The notes under the pieces: generated by a model
The model's input: only the letters and a program-made list of their open reading frames with translations
Databases searched by the model: none
Told to the model about the DNA's origin: nothing
Part shown: piece by piece, positions 8,901-17,700 of the stretch
How the letters are laid out: every line of letters begins with the position of its first letter
Position numbering within the stretch: position 1 is the first letter of the stretch
Made by a program: the position numbers and the translations under genes
NCBI GenBank assembly: GCA_017561765.1
Contig: JAFZBM010000123.1
Span: forward strand, 1-57,535
DNA from: Bacteroidales bacterium
Lineage (GTDB): Bacteria; Bacteroidota; Bacteroidia; Bacteroidales; UBA932
DNA length: 57,535 nt
Direction: 5' to 3'

Positions 8901-10640
8901 CTGCGATTCCTTGGCCGCACGGTAGCTGCGCCGGGTGTACTTGATGGAATCATCGACCCTGCGGCTCACGTGCTGCGTCTCTCCCTGCATTTCCGAAAGG
9001 CGGGAAGACAGACCACCCTTGACCGTCTCGTTGCTCAGCGTGATCTCGGGCGAGTATTGCTTATTGATGAAGTCCTTGATGGCCTTGATGCGCGTAACGA
9101 TGGCATTCGGCTGGACCGAAGGATGCGAGAACGAGACGCACCCGCCAAGGATGAGCTTCGCGCCGATGTCGAGCCAGTTGCGCTTGGCATACAGGTCATC
9201 CACCTCGCCCTTGAACGTGAACTGCGCGTCCTTGTTAGCGTAAAGGTGCTTCGCCACGGCGCGGAGCGCGTCTATCTCGGCGCCCTCGAAGGTGGCCGGG
9301 GCGTAGATATACTCCTGCGGCAGCGAGACGTTCGTGACGATGTACTCATCCTCGCTGCTCCCAGCGTTGGGCCGGTACGTGGCATTCGGCATCTGGAATC
9401 CGTCGATGCTGGCCTTTTCCAGCTCGAAGCGGTTCCCGGGTTTCACCTGAACGGTGGACGGGTTTCCGCTGCCGTCATACTGAGTCCTGGTCTTCGGCTG
9501 CTTGAAGAACGATGCGCTGAACTCACGGCCGGCCAGCATCCCGGTCTGGAAGATGACCGTCAGCGGCTCGTCGTTGTCTGGCAGGCATTCGTGGAAGTCC
9601 AGCGTGGCCGGGATTGTCGTGTCGAGGATATCGACCTGCACCGATAGCCAGTCATCCTCCGTCAGGTTCGGGTATGCAGCAATCAGCTCCGCATACGTGT
9701 AGTAACCGCCGTTGTACTCATAGCGTACCCCCTTGACCTTGCCGACGCGCTTGGGATAGACCTCGGACACGTCGAGCGAATCCTCGTTGCCGTCAACCGG
9801 CGCATCGTACAGGCGCACGGAGAAACCGTTGAAATCCGTCACCATCGCGACCTGCTTCGAGCTGTCGAAGCCATCCTCCTCGTAGGTCGTTCCGTTGATT
9901 GTGTACTTGAACTTCTCGCCGTCGAAGTAGAACGTCAGGTTCTTCGGCAGCAGGAGCGTCGGGTTGCCGTAGTCCTTCAGGAAGATGTTGCGGTCGCCGC
10001 CTTGGATATACACCTTCTGAATCTGCCCGAACTCTCCATAGTTTAAGCGTCCAACCCCGGGCTTGAATCCGAGGTTACGGCCATATCCCAGCGCAAGCGG
10101 CGCATCGGCGTTGTACTCCACCCGCTTGAGGGAGACGGAGCTGCCGGATCCCTCCCATTCCGTCCCGCAGGCATCCGCTATGGCATTGAGAGCCTCGTCG
10201 AGACGTGTATGGTTGTAGGACACCAGCACCTCCTTTCCCTCAATGCAGTCGCCGATGGTCCAGGAGTTCGCACCCTCTCGCTCACAGAGGTTGCCGACGA
10301 TGAGCTGGAGGTGTTCCCTCGGCGTGGCGATCATGTCGAACTTGAGCCGTCCGTCAACGAGGTTGTGGACACGGTACTTGCGGAACCGTGCCGTCGGCCC
10401 CTCGAAGGTGGCCTTGTATTCGTAATCGCGCCCGTGGCGGATTGTCACGTCCTGATATGTCATCAGCGTGTACCGCTCGCCTTGGTGGAGGATGTACGAA
10501 CCCGGCACGATCTCCACGTGCATCGTCAGGGCGAACTGAAGGTACACCTTGCAGTCGCCCATTATCTCGCGGTAACGGTACGAATCATCGTCAACGTCGA
10601 TGGCTATGAACGGAGCGCCGCTTGCACTGTAAATGACCAT
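5919..10640 (-). CDS. Tail-tip/hub (Tal-like) protein with fibre extension
   Basis: 1573 aa; N-terminal prophage-tail-like region, coiled coil, CBM-like YYGDEVSYEGQTW motif, short collagen-like linkers. Confidence 0.7.
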   Translation of the reverse strand: MVIYSASGAPFIAIDVDDDSYRYREIMGDCKVYLQFALTMHVEIVPGSYILHQGERYTLMTYQDVTIRHGRDYEYKATFEGPTARFRKYRVHNLVDGRLKFDMIATPREHLQLIVGNLCEREGANSWTIGDCIEGKEVLVSYNHTRLDEALNAIADACGTEWEGSGSSVSLKRVEYNADAPLALGYGRNLGFKPGVGRLNYGEFGQIQKVYIQGGDRNIFLKDYGNPTLLLPKNLTFYFDGEKFKYTINGTTYEEDGFDSSKQVAMVTDFNGFSVRLYDAPVDGNEDSLDVSEVYPKRVGKVKGVRYEYNGGYYTYAELIAAYPNLTEDDWLSVQVDILDTTIPATLDFHECLPDNDEPLTVIFQTGMLAGREFSASFFKQPKTRTQYDGSGNPSTVQVKPGNRFELEKASIDGFQMPNATYRPNAGSSEDEYIVTNVSLPQEYIYAPATFEGAEIDALRAVAKHLYANKDAQFTFKGEVDDLYAKRNWLDIGAKLILGGCVSFSHPSVQPNAIVTRIKAIKDFINKQYSPEITLSNETVKGGLSSRLSEMQGETQHVSRRVDDSIKYTRRSYRAAKESQSMLEKLLLQEFTNTISPIAVNTMQMLVGSENLQYSFIQSLTNMTVVGHNMAFDSYGRLVCPKAYILHHTKGISSVQPNRAVTEYMRWTVAAKTIAFTDETKSYYLYIKAQRMNSAGTGTAEFVASETPISIESVSGYWHFLYATIGSVSGGERSIITCNGFTEVTPGRITAYQYLSPDGNQALDFLNIIFRMQKGHKMFYINMGADHDDIIFSGAMSQSKGGATSPITCYRGAYLPTEDYYYGDEVSYEGQTWWHKGTADTGPNTQAGAIAPGTDSSVWELRAAKGNTAFKSSVFKRQNTQPNAPAANQGSFASPVPDGWSDGIPDGTAKVWMSTRIFTSDGQAPQQSSWTTPQSLTDTADIRFRYSSVESNPGNPTDNPGNWSAYESSSNIWIAIQKCSNGVWGSWEVSKIKGERGESAIYADIDNEMDGIALNAQGKTGAAYTLQTNVSMWLGTQQQNLTNIVVTGTPTGVTAAVEKTNNVPTGKVTFSIPANTSIPANTEITIAVTCELGTRNLTYTLAGLSAGQQGDAAIVYSLLPSASVVKKTKAGVYSETEVSCKKMKKVGNTDAAETSDGTLKYSIDGGSEQTYTQGILASAFASKLTFLYYIGNVLVDRETIPLIIDGSDGVGIQGPAGKSMRTYSYWNSAGWEGTGEYQGRDDSLTDYPNHKYQDQAIDPNDGYIYLCIKTRNGSTYATSARPGANLVSDGGCWEKMSYWKAISTEALTAIAAFIQTLTVNKLYAMDSNGVARISIAGDSIEVKKSTGDTVASIHSGSLSGQSQISPTTISSFSGNKYGSFGEESIYIASLLGQTITVQRTGNVVVVPPIRYQAGYDGDHAASSDLGGEIRAFFTDGHNDVPVFTKAITLDSAFDETSAEKTLSLPVGTWSLRVELEAGRIQADDKIWLSAARSSGSFSLSYPTGNDASKTEAAGTGFRTIWNGEGFEATSDGTKVFQGGNVFNMLAGSNIKRIEVVSSYPSTEESGVLYIKVS

Positions 10641-10710
10641 AGATTTGAATTTTGAGGGTTTCTATCCTTTGATTTTGCGCGTGACGTGCATTATTGCTGA
10701 ATAGGGCGGC

Positions 10711-11286
10711 TTACCCCTGCTTTTTCACGAACCGTCCGTTGGCGTCGCGCCGTCGGCATTCGGCCGTGGCAAGTGTCGCCGGAGAGCTGTCCGACGAGTA
10801 TGTTCCGAGCGGAGGGCGGCGCGTTTTGCATTTTTCGTCCGAGCAGTATAGTCGCTCTGCGGCCTTGCGCTTTGACACCTCCTGCGTAAAGGCATCCTGA
10901 AGGCCGCGCATCTGCCGCTTAACTTCAAAGACCTCCAGCCGGAGTTCCTGCTTGATCTTCCTGTCCTCCAGCTTCTCCTCTTCGTATGTCTTCAGGAGAT
11001 TCGCCTGATACTCGTTGTGCTGTTTCATCTGCTCCAGCATCTGCTTCGATGTCTCGATCTGGGTGGACACAAGGTCGGCCTGCTGTTGAGCCGCCGTAGT
11101 GTCCTCCTGCTTCGCCTGGGCTTCCTCCTTCTTTGCCTCCGCCTTTCCCTTACGACGGAAGATGTCGAGCGATGCAATCCACTTGAGGAACTCCAGCCCG
11201 CCGAAAGCGGCAAGGATGGCGAGGAACATATCCAGCCAGATGGGCATACCCTTCGCTGCTTCCATTCCGATTTCAATTTCCTCCAT
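10711..11286 (-). CDS. Holin-like single-TM coiled-coil protein
   Basis: Start at MEEIEIG; TM segment LAILAAFGGLEFLKW followed by a long coiled coil. Confidence 0.5.
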   Translation of the reverse strand: MEEIEIGMEAAKGMPIWLDMFLAILAAFGGLEFLKWIASLDIFRRKGKAEAKKEEAQAKQEDTTAAQQQADLVSTQIETSKQMLEQMKQHNEYQANLLKTYEEEKLEDRKIKQELRLEVFEVKRQMRGLQDAFTQEVSKRKAAERLYCSDEKCKTRRPPLGTYSSDSSPATLATAECRRRDANGRFVKKQG

Positions 11287-11299
11287 CGCCTCGCCCTCC

Positions 11300-11812
11300 T
11301 CAAATGAATGCAACCACGTATGCCGTCGAGAACATCGCGCACTCCGCCCATAGGATGTAATCCTTCCCGATGGACTTCGTGAGCAGGCCGACAACGGCGA
11401 AACCGGCGATGAAGATCAGCGCCACCCACCACAGATGAATGGCGAAGCAGACGTAACAGAGGAAGCAGATCGCGCACATCATCGTGAACAGCACGTGCAG
11501 CACCATCTGCTTATGAACTGTTTCCCATTCCGGGGTGAGAGCCACGCAGACGAGGTAGAGCGGGGCGAAGAAACCGAAGACCTGCACCGGGCTCCCGGTA
11601 GAATTCTCCAGTAGCGACGGAACCAGCAGCAACGCCGCAACAATCGTTACGGCACTCCAGAGGTTGACGTTGTGGATGGGAACGAACTCCTTCCATTTCC
11701 TCGCATACGAGGAGTAGGACGGGAGCAGGCCGAATCGGTAGATGCCAAGCCCGATGAATCCACCGAGCAGGACGAGGCTCAACAGAGCCGTGATTAACAA
11801 AAATGCTTTCAT
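11300..11812 (-). CDS. Multi-pass membrane protein
   Basis: 170 aa with five or six hydrophobic segments. Confidence 0.7.
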   Translation of the reverse strand: MKAFLLITALLSLVLLGGFIGLGIYRFGLLPSYSSYARKWKEFVPIHNVNLWSAVTIVAALLLVPSLLENSTGSPVQVFGFFAPLYLVCVALTPEWETVHKQMVLHVLFTMMCAICFLCYVCFAIHLWWVALIFIAGFAVVGLLTKSIGKDYILWAECAMFSTAYVVAFI

Positions 11813-11834
11813 ATCTTGATTCTTTAATGGTTGT

Positions 11835-11966
11835 TCAATACTTCCTCACTGGCTTGTCGCTGAGCCGGTAGAACACCTTGTCGCCTTCGCACCATACCTC
11901 TATGAAGTAGGCCGTCGCCATAAGCTGCACGAGCCGGGTGTCAAGGGTGTCCGATTCAAGCGTCAT
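11835..11966 (-). CDS. Hypothetical 43-aa protein
   Basis: Hand-translated MTLESDTLDTRLVQ...; ATGA overlap with the upstream gene. Confidence 0.45.
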   Translation of the reverse strand: MTLESDTLDTRLVQLMATAYFIEVWCEGDKVFYRLSDKPVRKY

Positions 11967-12688
11967 TCCTCGCTCCATCCCGCCGGGTATGCATCGGGAG
12001 CCCAGATGTTCCCGTCAATTGTCGAGGTATAATGCTTCCCGCCATACGACACCCTGTCGCCGGTGTTGTATGCGTCGTGTGCGCCTGTGGGCTGCTTCCA
12101 CTCCGGCCACTCGTCCGCACTGACCTCCGTCCAGAGGGCCGGTGTGGCATCCGGCGCCCAGTCGGACTGCGTCTTGTGCGGCTGTAGGCACTTGTATAGC
12201 TTGCCACCGAAGTACCTGCGCTCTCCGGCCCCCACGTCTATGCCCGGGCTCCACGGATCGAACAGGGCCGGCACCTCAAGGGCGGCAGCATCGTCCAGTT
12301 CGCTGACATTGCCCTTCAGGAGCGTGAGCAGCTGCGTCATCACCTCGGCCATTGTAGGGTTGTAGTCCGGGGAGTACGCCATTTCCAGGACGGAGCAGGC
12401 GACCTCCTTACACTTCTCAACGAACTTGTTGTAGGCGACATACTCCGCTGCCTCGGAGAGGCACTGTCTGGCAACAGCAAACTCATCTTCTGCCGTATAG
12501 CGGATTCTAATGAGCGCGGTGACGAGCATACTATAGTGTTCCTCCGACAACGGAGCGTCCGTAACCACCGTCACTGACTTGACCTCGAACCCTTCGCCGG
12601 ATTCCTCGATGCTGTAATTGACCGTCGTGTGGTACTCGGTCCCGCTCTTTGACACCGTTACGAGCGGCGGTCTTTCTCCGTAGTACAT
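11963..12688 (-). CDS. Phage protein with C-terminal CBM5/12-like carbohydrate-binding modules
   Basis: AHDAYNTGDRVSYGGKHYTSTIDGNIWAP and GERRYFGGKLYKCLQPH...W motifs. Confidence 0.75.
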   Translation of the reverse strand: MYYGERPPLVTVSKSGTEYHTTVNYSIEESGEGFEVKSVTVVTDAPLSEEHYSMLVTALIRIRYTAEDEFAVARQCLSEAAEYVAYNKFVEKCKEVACSVLEMAYSPDYNPTMAEVMTQLLTLLKGNVSELDDAAALEVPALFDPWSPGIDVGAGERRYFGGKLYKCLQPHKTQSDWAPDATPALWTEVSADEWPEWKQPTGAHDAYNTGDRVSYGGKHYTSTIDGNIWAPDAYPAGWSEE

Positions 12689-12709
12689 TCTCTTTGTTCC
12701 TCCTTATGG

Positions 12710-14164
12710 TTATGCCGCCATATCGAACGATACGGTCAGCGGCCTGTATTTGGCCTTGGTTCTTATTGTCTCGTAGTTATTCCTGATGTAGAAGTAACGG
12801 AAGAATTCGGACGGGAACTGTCCGAGAATCTCCTTCCGCAGATTGTATGTCCTATGCATACGACAGAAGCCGAGATATGAGTTGATGACCTGCTCGATGC
12901 GCTGGCAGTCGAGGGTGTCGAGCTCTCTCTCCATCATCATCTCGCCGAAGCCGTGGACGCGCTCCCGGAACCGCGCAATCGTCACGTTCGACAAGTATGT
13001 CCTGTGCGGCTTGATGAACGAGCCGACGAACTTCAGTCCGTGCGCCACGGGCTGGATATATCGCTTGTCCTTATGCAGTTCCAGAAGCAGCGATTCCGAA
13101 AGGAACCGCTCGATCTTCGGTATCTGGGCCATCAGGAACGGCAGGTCATCGCAGGTGATTTCAAAGTCATCCACGAAACGCTCGTAGTCGAAGTTCTTGT
13201 GCCGGAACAGGAAAAGGACATGCGCATCGAGGAACGATAGCAGGAAGTTGGCAAACTGCTGGGTGGTATGGTTGCCGATTGGCTCGCCGCGATCATCGCC
13301 GCAGGTGAACATCGACTTGCGCATAGACAGTCCCAGCCATTCCCTCGGGTCGGTGTTGAACACACAGTCGCGCTCTGGGTGGTGCATAACGACCTGCTCA
13401 GTCACACGCAGCAGGATATCCTTATAGTCGCCGTGATAGTAGCGCCGGATGAACCGACCCAGCAGGTACCAGAGCCTTGACTTGCTGATACCCATAAAGA
13501 AGCCCACGAGGTCACCACGGAACACCCAGGCACGCTTCGTATATCCCTCGGACACTCGCTCGAATCCCGCAGAAACGGCCTCGACGGCCTTCTGGGTACC
13601 GAATCCCTTGCGGCAGTTGAATGACACGTTACCCTGCGAGACAAACCGCTCCTCGAACAGGGGAATCAGTCTCATACAAATCCAGTGATGCACGATGCGG
13701 TCCCGGAACGCTGCGGCAAACACCTCGCGCAGCTTAGGATAATGGACAAGAAAGCACGTGGACGTGGTCGGCTTGTAGGTGCCGGTCCACAACTCCCACG
13801 CAAGCACTGGGAGGTCGATATCCGCGACCTTCATATATTCGATCGCCTGCGGGGAAGACATCTTCCCCTTCAGGCAGTCGCGGTATGCGTCCAATACAGT
13901 CTCGAAAAAGAGGGCGAAATCCGGGAATAATCCGTCAAGTGCTGCCACAGGCCTTGCCACGTTACTGTTGTACTTGTTGTTGTTGTTCACGTTGCCGGAA
14001 TTGAAGTTCACGTTCCAAGCGTTGTTGCTGTTGTACTCCGTGCTACTCCAGTAGTTGCTGTGTTCTTGCGGTATTGCATCTTCGTAACTACGGCGCACCG
14101 CCAAGTCGGCGCCGACCGTAGTAAACCGCCCATTTAACGGATTATGGAGCACCCTGCGCATCAT
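12710..14164 (-). CDS. DGR reverse transcriptase
   Basis: RT motifs PKLREVFAAAFRDRIVHH, CRKGFGT, PIGNHTTQQFAN, RFVDDF; start at 14164 overlaps the avd stop (ATGA). Confidence 0.95.
   Translation of the reverse strand: MMRRVLHNPLNGRFTTVGADLAVRRSYEDAIPQEHSNYWSSTEYNSNNAWNVNFNSGNVNNNNKYNSNVARPVAALDGLFPDFALFFETVLDAYRDCLKGKMSSPQAIEYMKVADIDLPVLAWELWTGTYKPTTSTCFLVHYPKLREVFAAAFRDRIVHHWICMRLIPLFEERFVSQGNVSFNCRKGFGTQKAVEAVSAGFERVSEGYTKRAWVFRGDLVGFFMGISKSRLWYLLGRFIRRYYHGDYKDILLRVTEQVVMHHPERDCVFNTDPREWLGLSMRKSMFTCGDDRGEPIGNHTTQQFANFLLSFLDAHVLFLFRHKNFDYERFVDDFEITCDDLPFLMAQIPKIERFLSESLLLELHKDKRYIQPVAHGLKFVGSFIKPHRTYLSNVTIARFRERVHGFGEMMMERELDTLDCQRIEQVINSYLGFCRMHRTYNLRKEILGQFPSEFFRYFYIRNNYETIRTKAKYRPLTVSFDMAA
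13942..14061 (-). repeat. DGR template repeat (TR)
   Basis: 120 nt rich in AAC codons (44 adenines on the coding strand); aligns without gaps to VR1 and VR2. Confidence 0.95.
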
Positions 14165-14652
14165 TTCGCCGCCTCCTTCTTTTCGGTGGTGACATCCGAT
14201 GCCGCACCCTCGCCCAAAGTATAATCCCGCCATCCCACGAGCTGCGCGATTATCCGCTTCACCAGCGCCTTCTGCTTGTTGTCCGCATCTTTCGACAGGA
14301 TGCCAAGCTTCTTGAGCACGGTGAAAGCTGACTTCACCGTATTCGCAAGCGAGAGCGTACAGTTCAGGTATTCAACACGCAATCCCCGATCCCGCGACGA
14401 ATCGGCCATGCCGATGGAGTTTAGCATCTCAAAGGTGCTGGCTATCATTTCGTCGTAGAACTTCCGAAGCGAGTTGGGGCTTCGCATCACCATCCCTGCA
14501 ACAACCAGGAGAAGGTTGACCGAATCCCTGTAAACCGGTAGCTCCGCAAGCGTCTTCGCCCTCTTCGCCCGGACGGCCTTGCCAAGGGCAATCACCTCGG
14601 GAGGGATTTCCACACCGTCGGGCTTCGAGACCATATTTTCTATTTCATTCAT
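14161..14652 (-). CDS. avd: DGR accessory protein, Avd-like four-helix bundle
   Basis: Helical 163 aa with LPVY...QLVGW pattern, located between the target gene and TR/RT. Confidence 0.8.
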   Translation of the reverse strand: MNEIENMVSKPDGVEIPPEVIALGKAVRAKRAKTLAELPVYRDSVNLLLVVAGMVMRSPNSLRKFYDEMIASTFEMLNSIGMADSSRDRGLRVEYLNCTLSLANTVKSAFTVLKKLGILSKDADNKQKALVKRIIAQLVGWRDYTLGEGAASDVTTEKKEAAK

Positions 14653-14676
14653 ATATCGTATTCGTCCGTCCTACCG

Positions 14677-14703
14677 CCGTGCGCCTCCGAGACAGGCGCA
14701 CGG
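14677..14703 (-). promoter_or_regulatory. DGR target-recognition hairpin downstream of VR1
   Basis: CCGTGCGCCT-CCGAGAC-AGGCGCACGG, 10-bp stem, identical to 50957-50983. Confidence 0.85.
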
Positions 14704-14716
14704 GATAGGTGAAAGG

Positions 14717-17700
14717 TCAAAGGTGAAACCTAAATACTGCCACAGGCCTTGCCACGTAACTGCCGTACTTGGTGTTGCTGTTCACGTAGCCGGAATTGCC
14801 GGTCACGATCCAAGCGCCGGTGCTGCTGAACTCCGTGCTACTCCAGTAGTTGCTGTTTGTAGGCATCGTGAACGGGTTTGTATTCGTCACGCGGCGGATT
14901 CTCTGCAACAGGTTGGCAAACAGGGGCAGAAGGGCCTCGCTCTCCGGGGTCTCGTTGGCATAGTTCACAGAGATACGGCCACCGTTTTCATAGGTCACCC
15001 TGCCGCAACTGTTATAGAAGAAGTTGTATATCCGTGCGAGCGTACCGAGCGCGGGCAGGTGCCACTTGGTGCGGGCGTACTGCTCATCCAGTTCCTCGCC
15101 CTCGGCAACCTCCGGCCGGTAGAGGTATGCTGCGAACGCCGCCGGGTAGAACAGCTGGCGGTAGCGGTTCGGGCTCGTGGCCTCGGAGTTCTGCGCCACG
15201 AGCGCCACCATCGCGTCGGCCAGCTCCGTGGGAGTGGTCGGGACCTTGATATCCTCCACGTTCGGGTAGGTCTCCATCAGGTAGCCTTGGATGATGGCCT
15301 TGGCGTGGTTGACGATAGCATCGTTCGCCGCCTTGCCGTTGAACTTCGAAGCAGCGCCGGAGTTGAGCACTGCATAGCCGTCATCCTGCGCCGCATCGAG
15401 GAAACTGTTCCTGATATATCGGTAGTCGGTAGATGAGTTGTCGGCGTTCGGGATGCCGGACGTGGTGTAGTTCGAAACCGGGGTGTCGATGGCCGACGAC
15501 AGCTGGGCCGCATCGCGCACAGTATCGGTGAACGACGACGGGAAGCCGTTGGCGCCGGACGCATCGGGGTAGATGCCCCACGGCAGGGACGACGTGTTGA
15601 TGGTAGAGCCGTCCGAGCTTGTTACGACGGCATTCTCCTTGGCGTACACCTCCACGTCGTAGTTGTCGTCATCAACCTTCGTCACCTTTGTCGCAGCGCC
15701 GGAAAGCGTCTTTGAGGGGTCGTACTCATCGTCGAACGTTCCGTCCACGTAGGCGAAATCGCCGACCTTCGGGATGCGGTTGTAGAAACCGACCTTTTTG
15801 TCAAAGGTGACGGCGCTGCCGTCCGTCAGCGTGATGGTTACACGCACGGTAAACGTCAGGTCGAGGGACGGGTCTGACAGTTGGAGCACGTTCAGCGCAC
15901 CTTCCACGGTGTCGGTGAATACGGCATAGCTCGCCGCCTGCGCCGCATTCTCGCCGACGAAGGCCCACGACACCGCCTCCTTGCCGCCGACGATGGCCAC
16001 GTTGTTGCCGGTGGACGGCAGGATGTTAAGCCGCCAGCCGTTGAAGGCGCCGGTCTGCTTGATATATTTCAGGCCCTTGATGTTGAAGCCGGTGATCGTG
16101 CGCTTCGGGTAGTCGATATACACGGAGTTCGCGGCACTCTGGAAGTTACCGAAGCGGCGGGCGAGCGCCTGTATCTCCGAGAACAGCAGGTAGCGGTCAT
16201 TGGACGCTGCGAGCATTGCGATGTCGCCGGTAATCTCGCAGGTTGACGTCGTGGCGTAGAACATCAGCATATCCGCACGGACGCCCGTCCAGTCCACATT
16301 GAAGAAACGGACGGAGGAAAGGGCGTTCGGGCTGTCCCGCTTGGCGTTGTAGATGTTCAGCGCGAGCAGGCCGGTGTTGAAGCTTCCGGCCTTGGCCTGG
16401 TCCACATAGATGGTCGAGAGGTAGTCCACGCCCTCGAAGTCCACCGTCTGGAGGTTCGGCTGCGCGTCGATGCGGAGCGTTGTCAGGGAGGCCGGGAAGT
16501 GGACGGTGGCGAGGCGCTCGGACGCCGGAAGCTCGACCAGCGGGAACGTGCTGCCCCGGAGGTCTATGCTCTCAAGGCGGGAGCACTTCGACAGGTTGAT
16601 CTCGCCGGTGGCGGTGGTCACTCCGCGAATCTTGATGCTACGGATGTTGGTCGCGTTGGCGATGCCGATGCTGCTTGCCAGAAGCTGGTTCGCATCCTCC
16701 CCGTCGGGGTTTACCTCGATCTTCTGGAGCAGCTTGCCGTAGAACACGAAAGCGCCCTGATCCGCGCTCACGCCGACGTTCATATCGCCGAGGTCGAGGA
16801 AATAGTTGATGCCACGGATGCTGATCCAGCTGTCCGACGAGAGGGTGATGGCCGGATAGTCGATGGTCTGGCCGGCCGGTACGCGGACGCGCCTGCCGGA
16901 CTGTGATGCCGGGTAGTTGCCGGAATCGGAACCGACGCGGGGGTACAGCCACTTCGCCGTCTTCAGCTTGAAGTTGTACACAGCCCCGTTCTTTCCGCGC
17001 CACGAAAGGCCGTTGGCCGCAGCCGAGCTTCCTGCGAACTCGCCGTACTCGCACCACGAGCTGATGTACATCACGCGGTTCTTGAGCCAGTCATATTCGC
17101 TCCACCGCTGCGAGCCGCAGCTCTGGGTGATGGCCTGAACAGACGTGTTCACGTACTCACCGGCCTCCTGTGCGACGGACGCATTTTCGTACACCAGTCG
17201 GGCCATCTCGTTGTAGGCGATGCCCGGGAAGTAGTCCTGCGCCTCCAGCATCCGGCTTTCGAGGTACTCCATCACGGAGCCGCCGATTGCGGCCATAGCG
17301 GAGAGGACATTGTTCATCATTGCCGTGAACTCGTCCTCGAAGGCGGTCTCCAGTAGGTTGTAGTAGCCGGATTCCTCGCCCTGCCAGTAGAATTCACCGG
17401 CGGCGTTGGTGTCGTGTTCCTCCACGTAGTAAGGCTTGCGGTTCTGGCCGACGTTGTTGGTCTTGATGATGGTGTCAACGTCATCCTGCTCATGGCGAAT
17501 CTTGCAGGTGACGGGGTCGGTGTAGTAGTAGGTGTTCTTGGCCCGGTTGTCGGTACCTGCGAAGAACTTGACCAGGCAGGAGTGATACAGGCAGTCATCG
17601 ACGTGCATATAGGTTCCTGCGTTGGTCTTGAAGTGCGCCGTCCGCTGGGCCACGAGCATATTGTTTGCGGTCTCCCACTGGCCCTGCGTCCACGCCGTGG

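Noticed and set aside
3207-12688. Additional DGR variable repeats in other tail genes
   Set aside because: No further TR-like segment or 27-bp hairpin was seen by eye; a BLASTn of TR against the window would be decisive
12710-14164. RT as a group II intron, retron or Abi RT
   Set aside because: The TR/VR pairs with adenine-specific differences and the Avd-like gene identify a DGR; no maturase or intron features were seen
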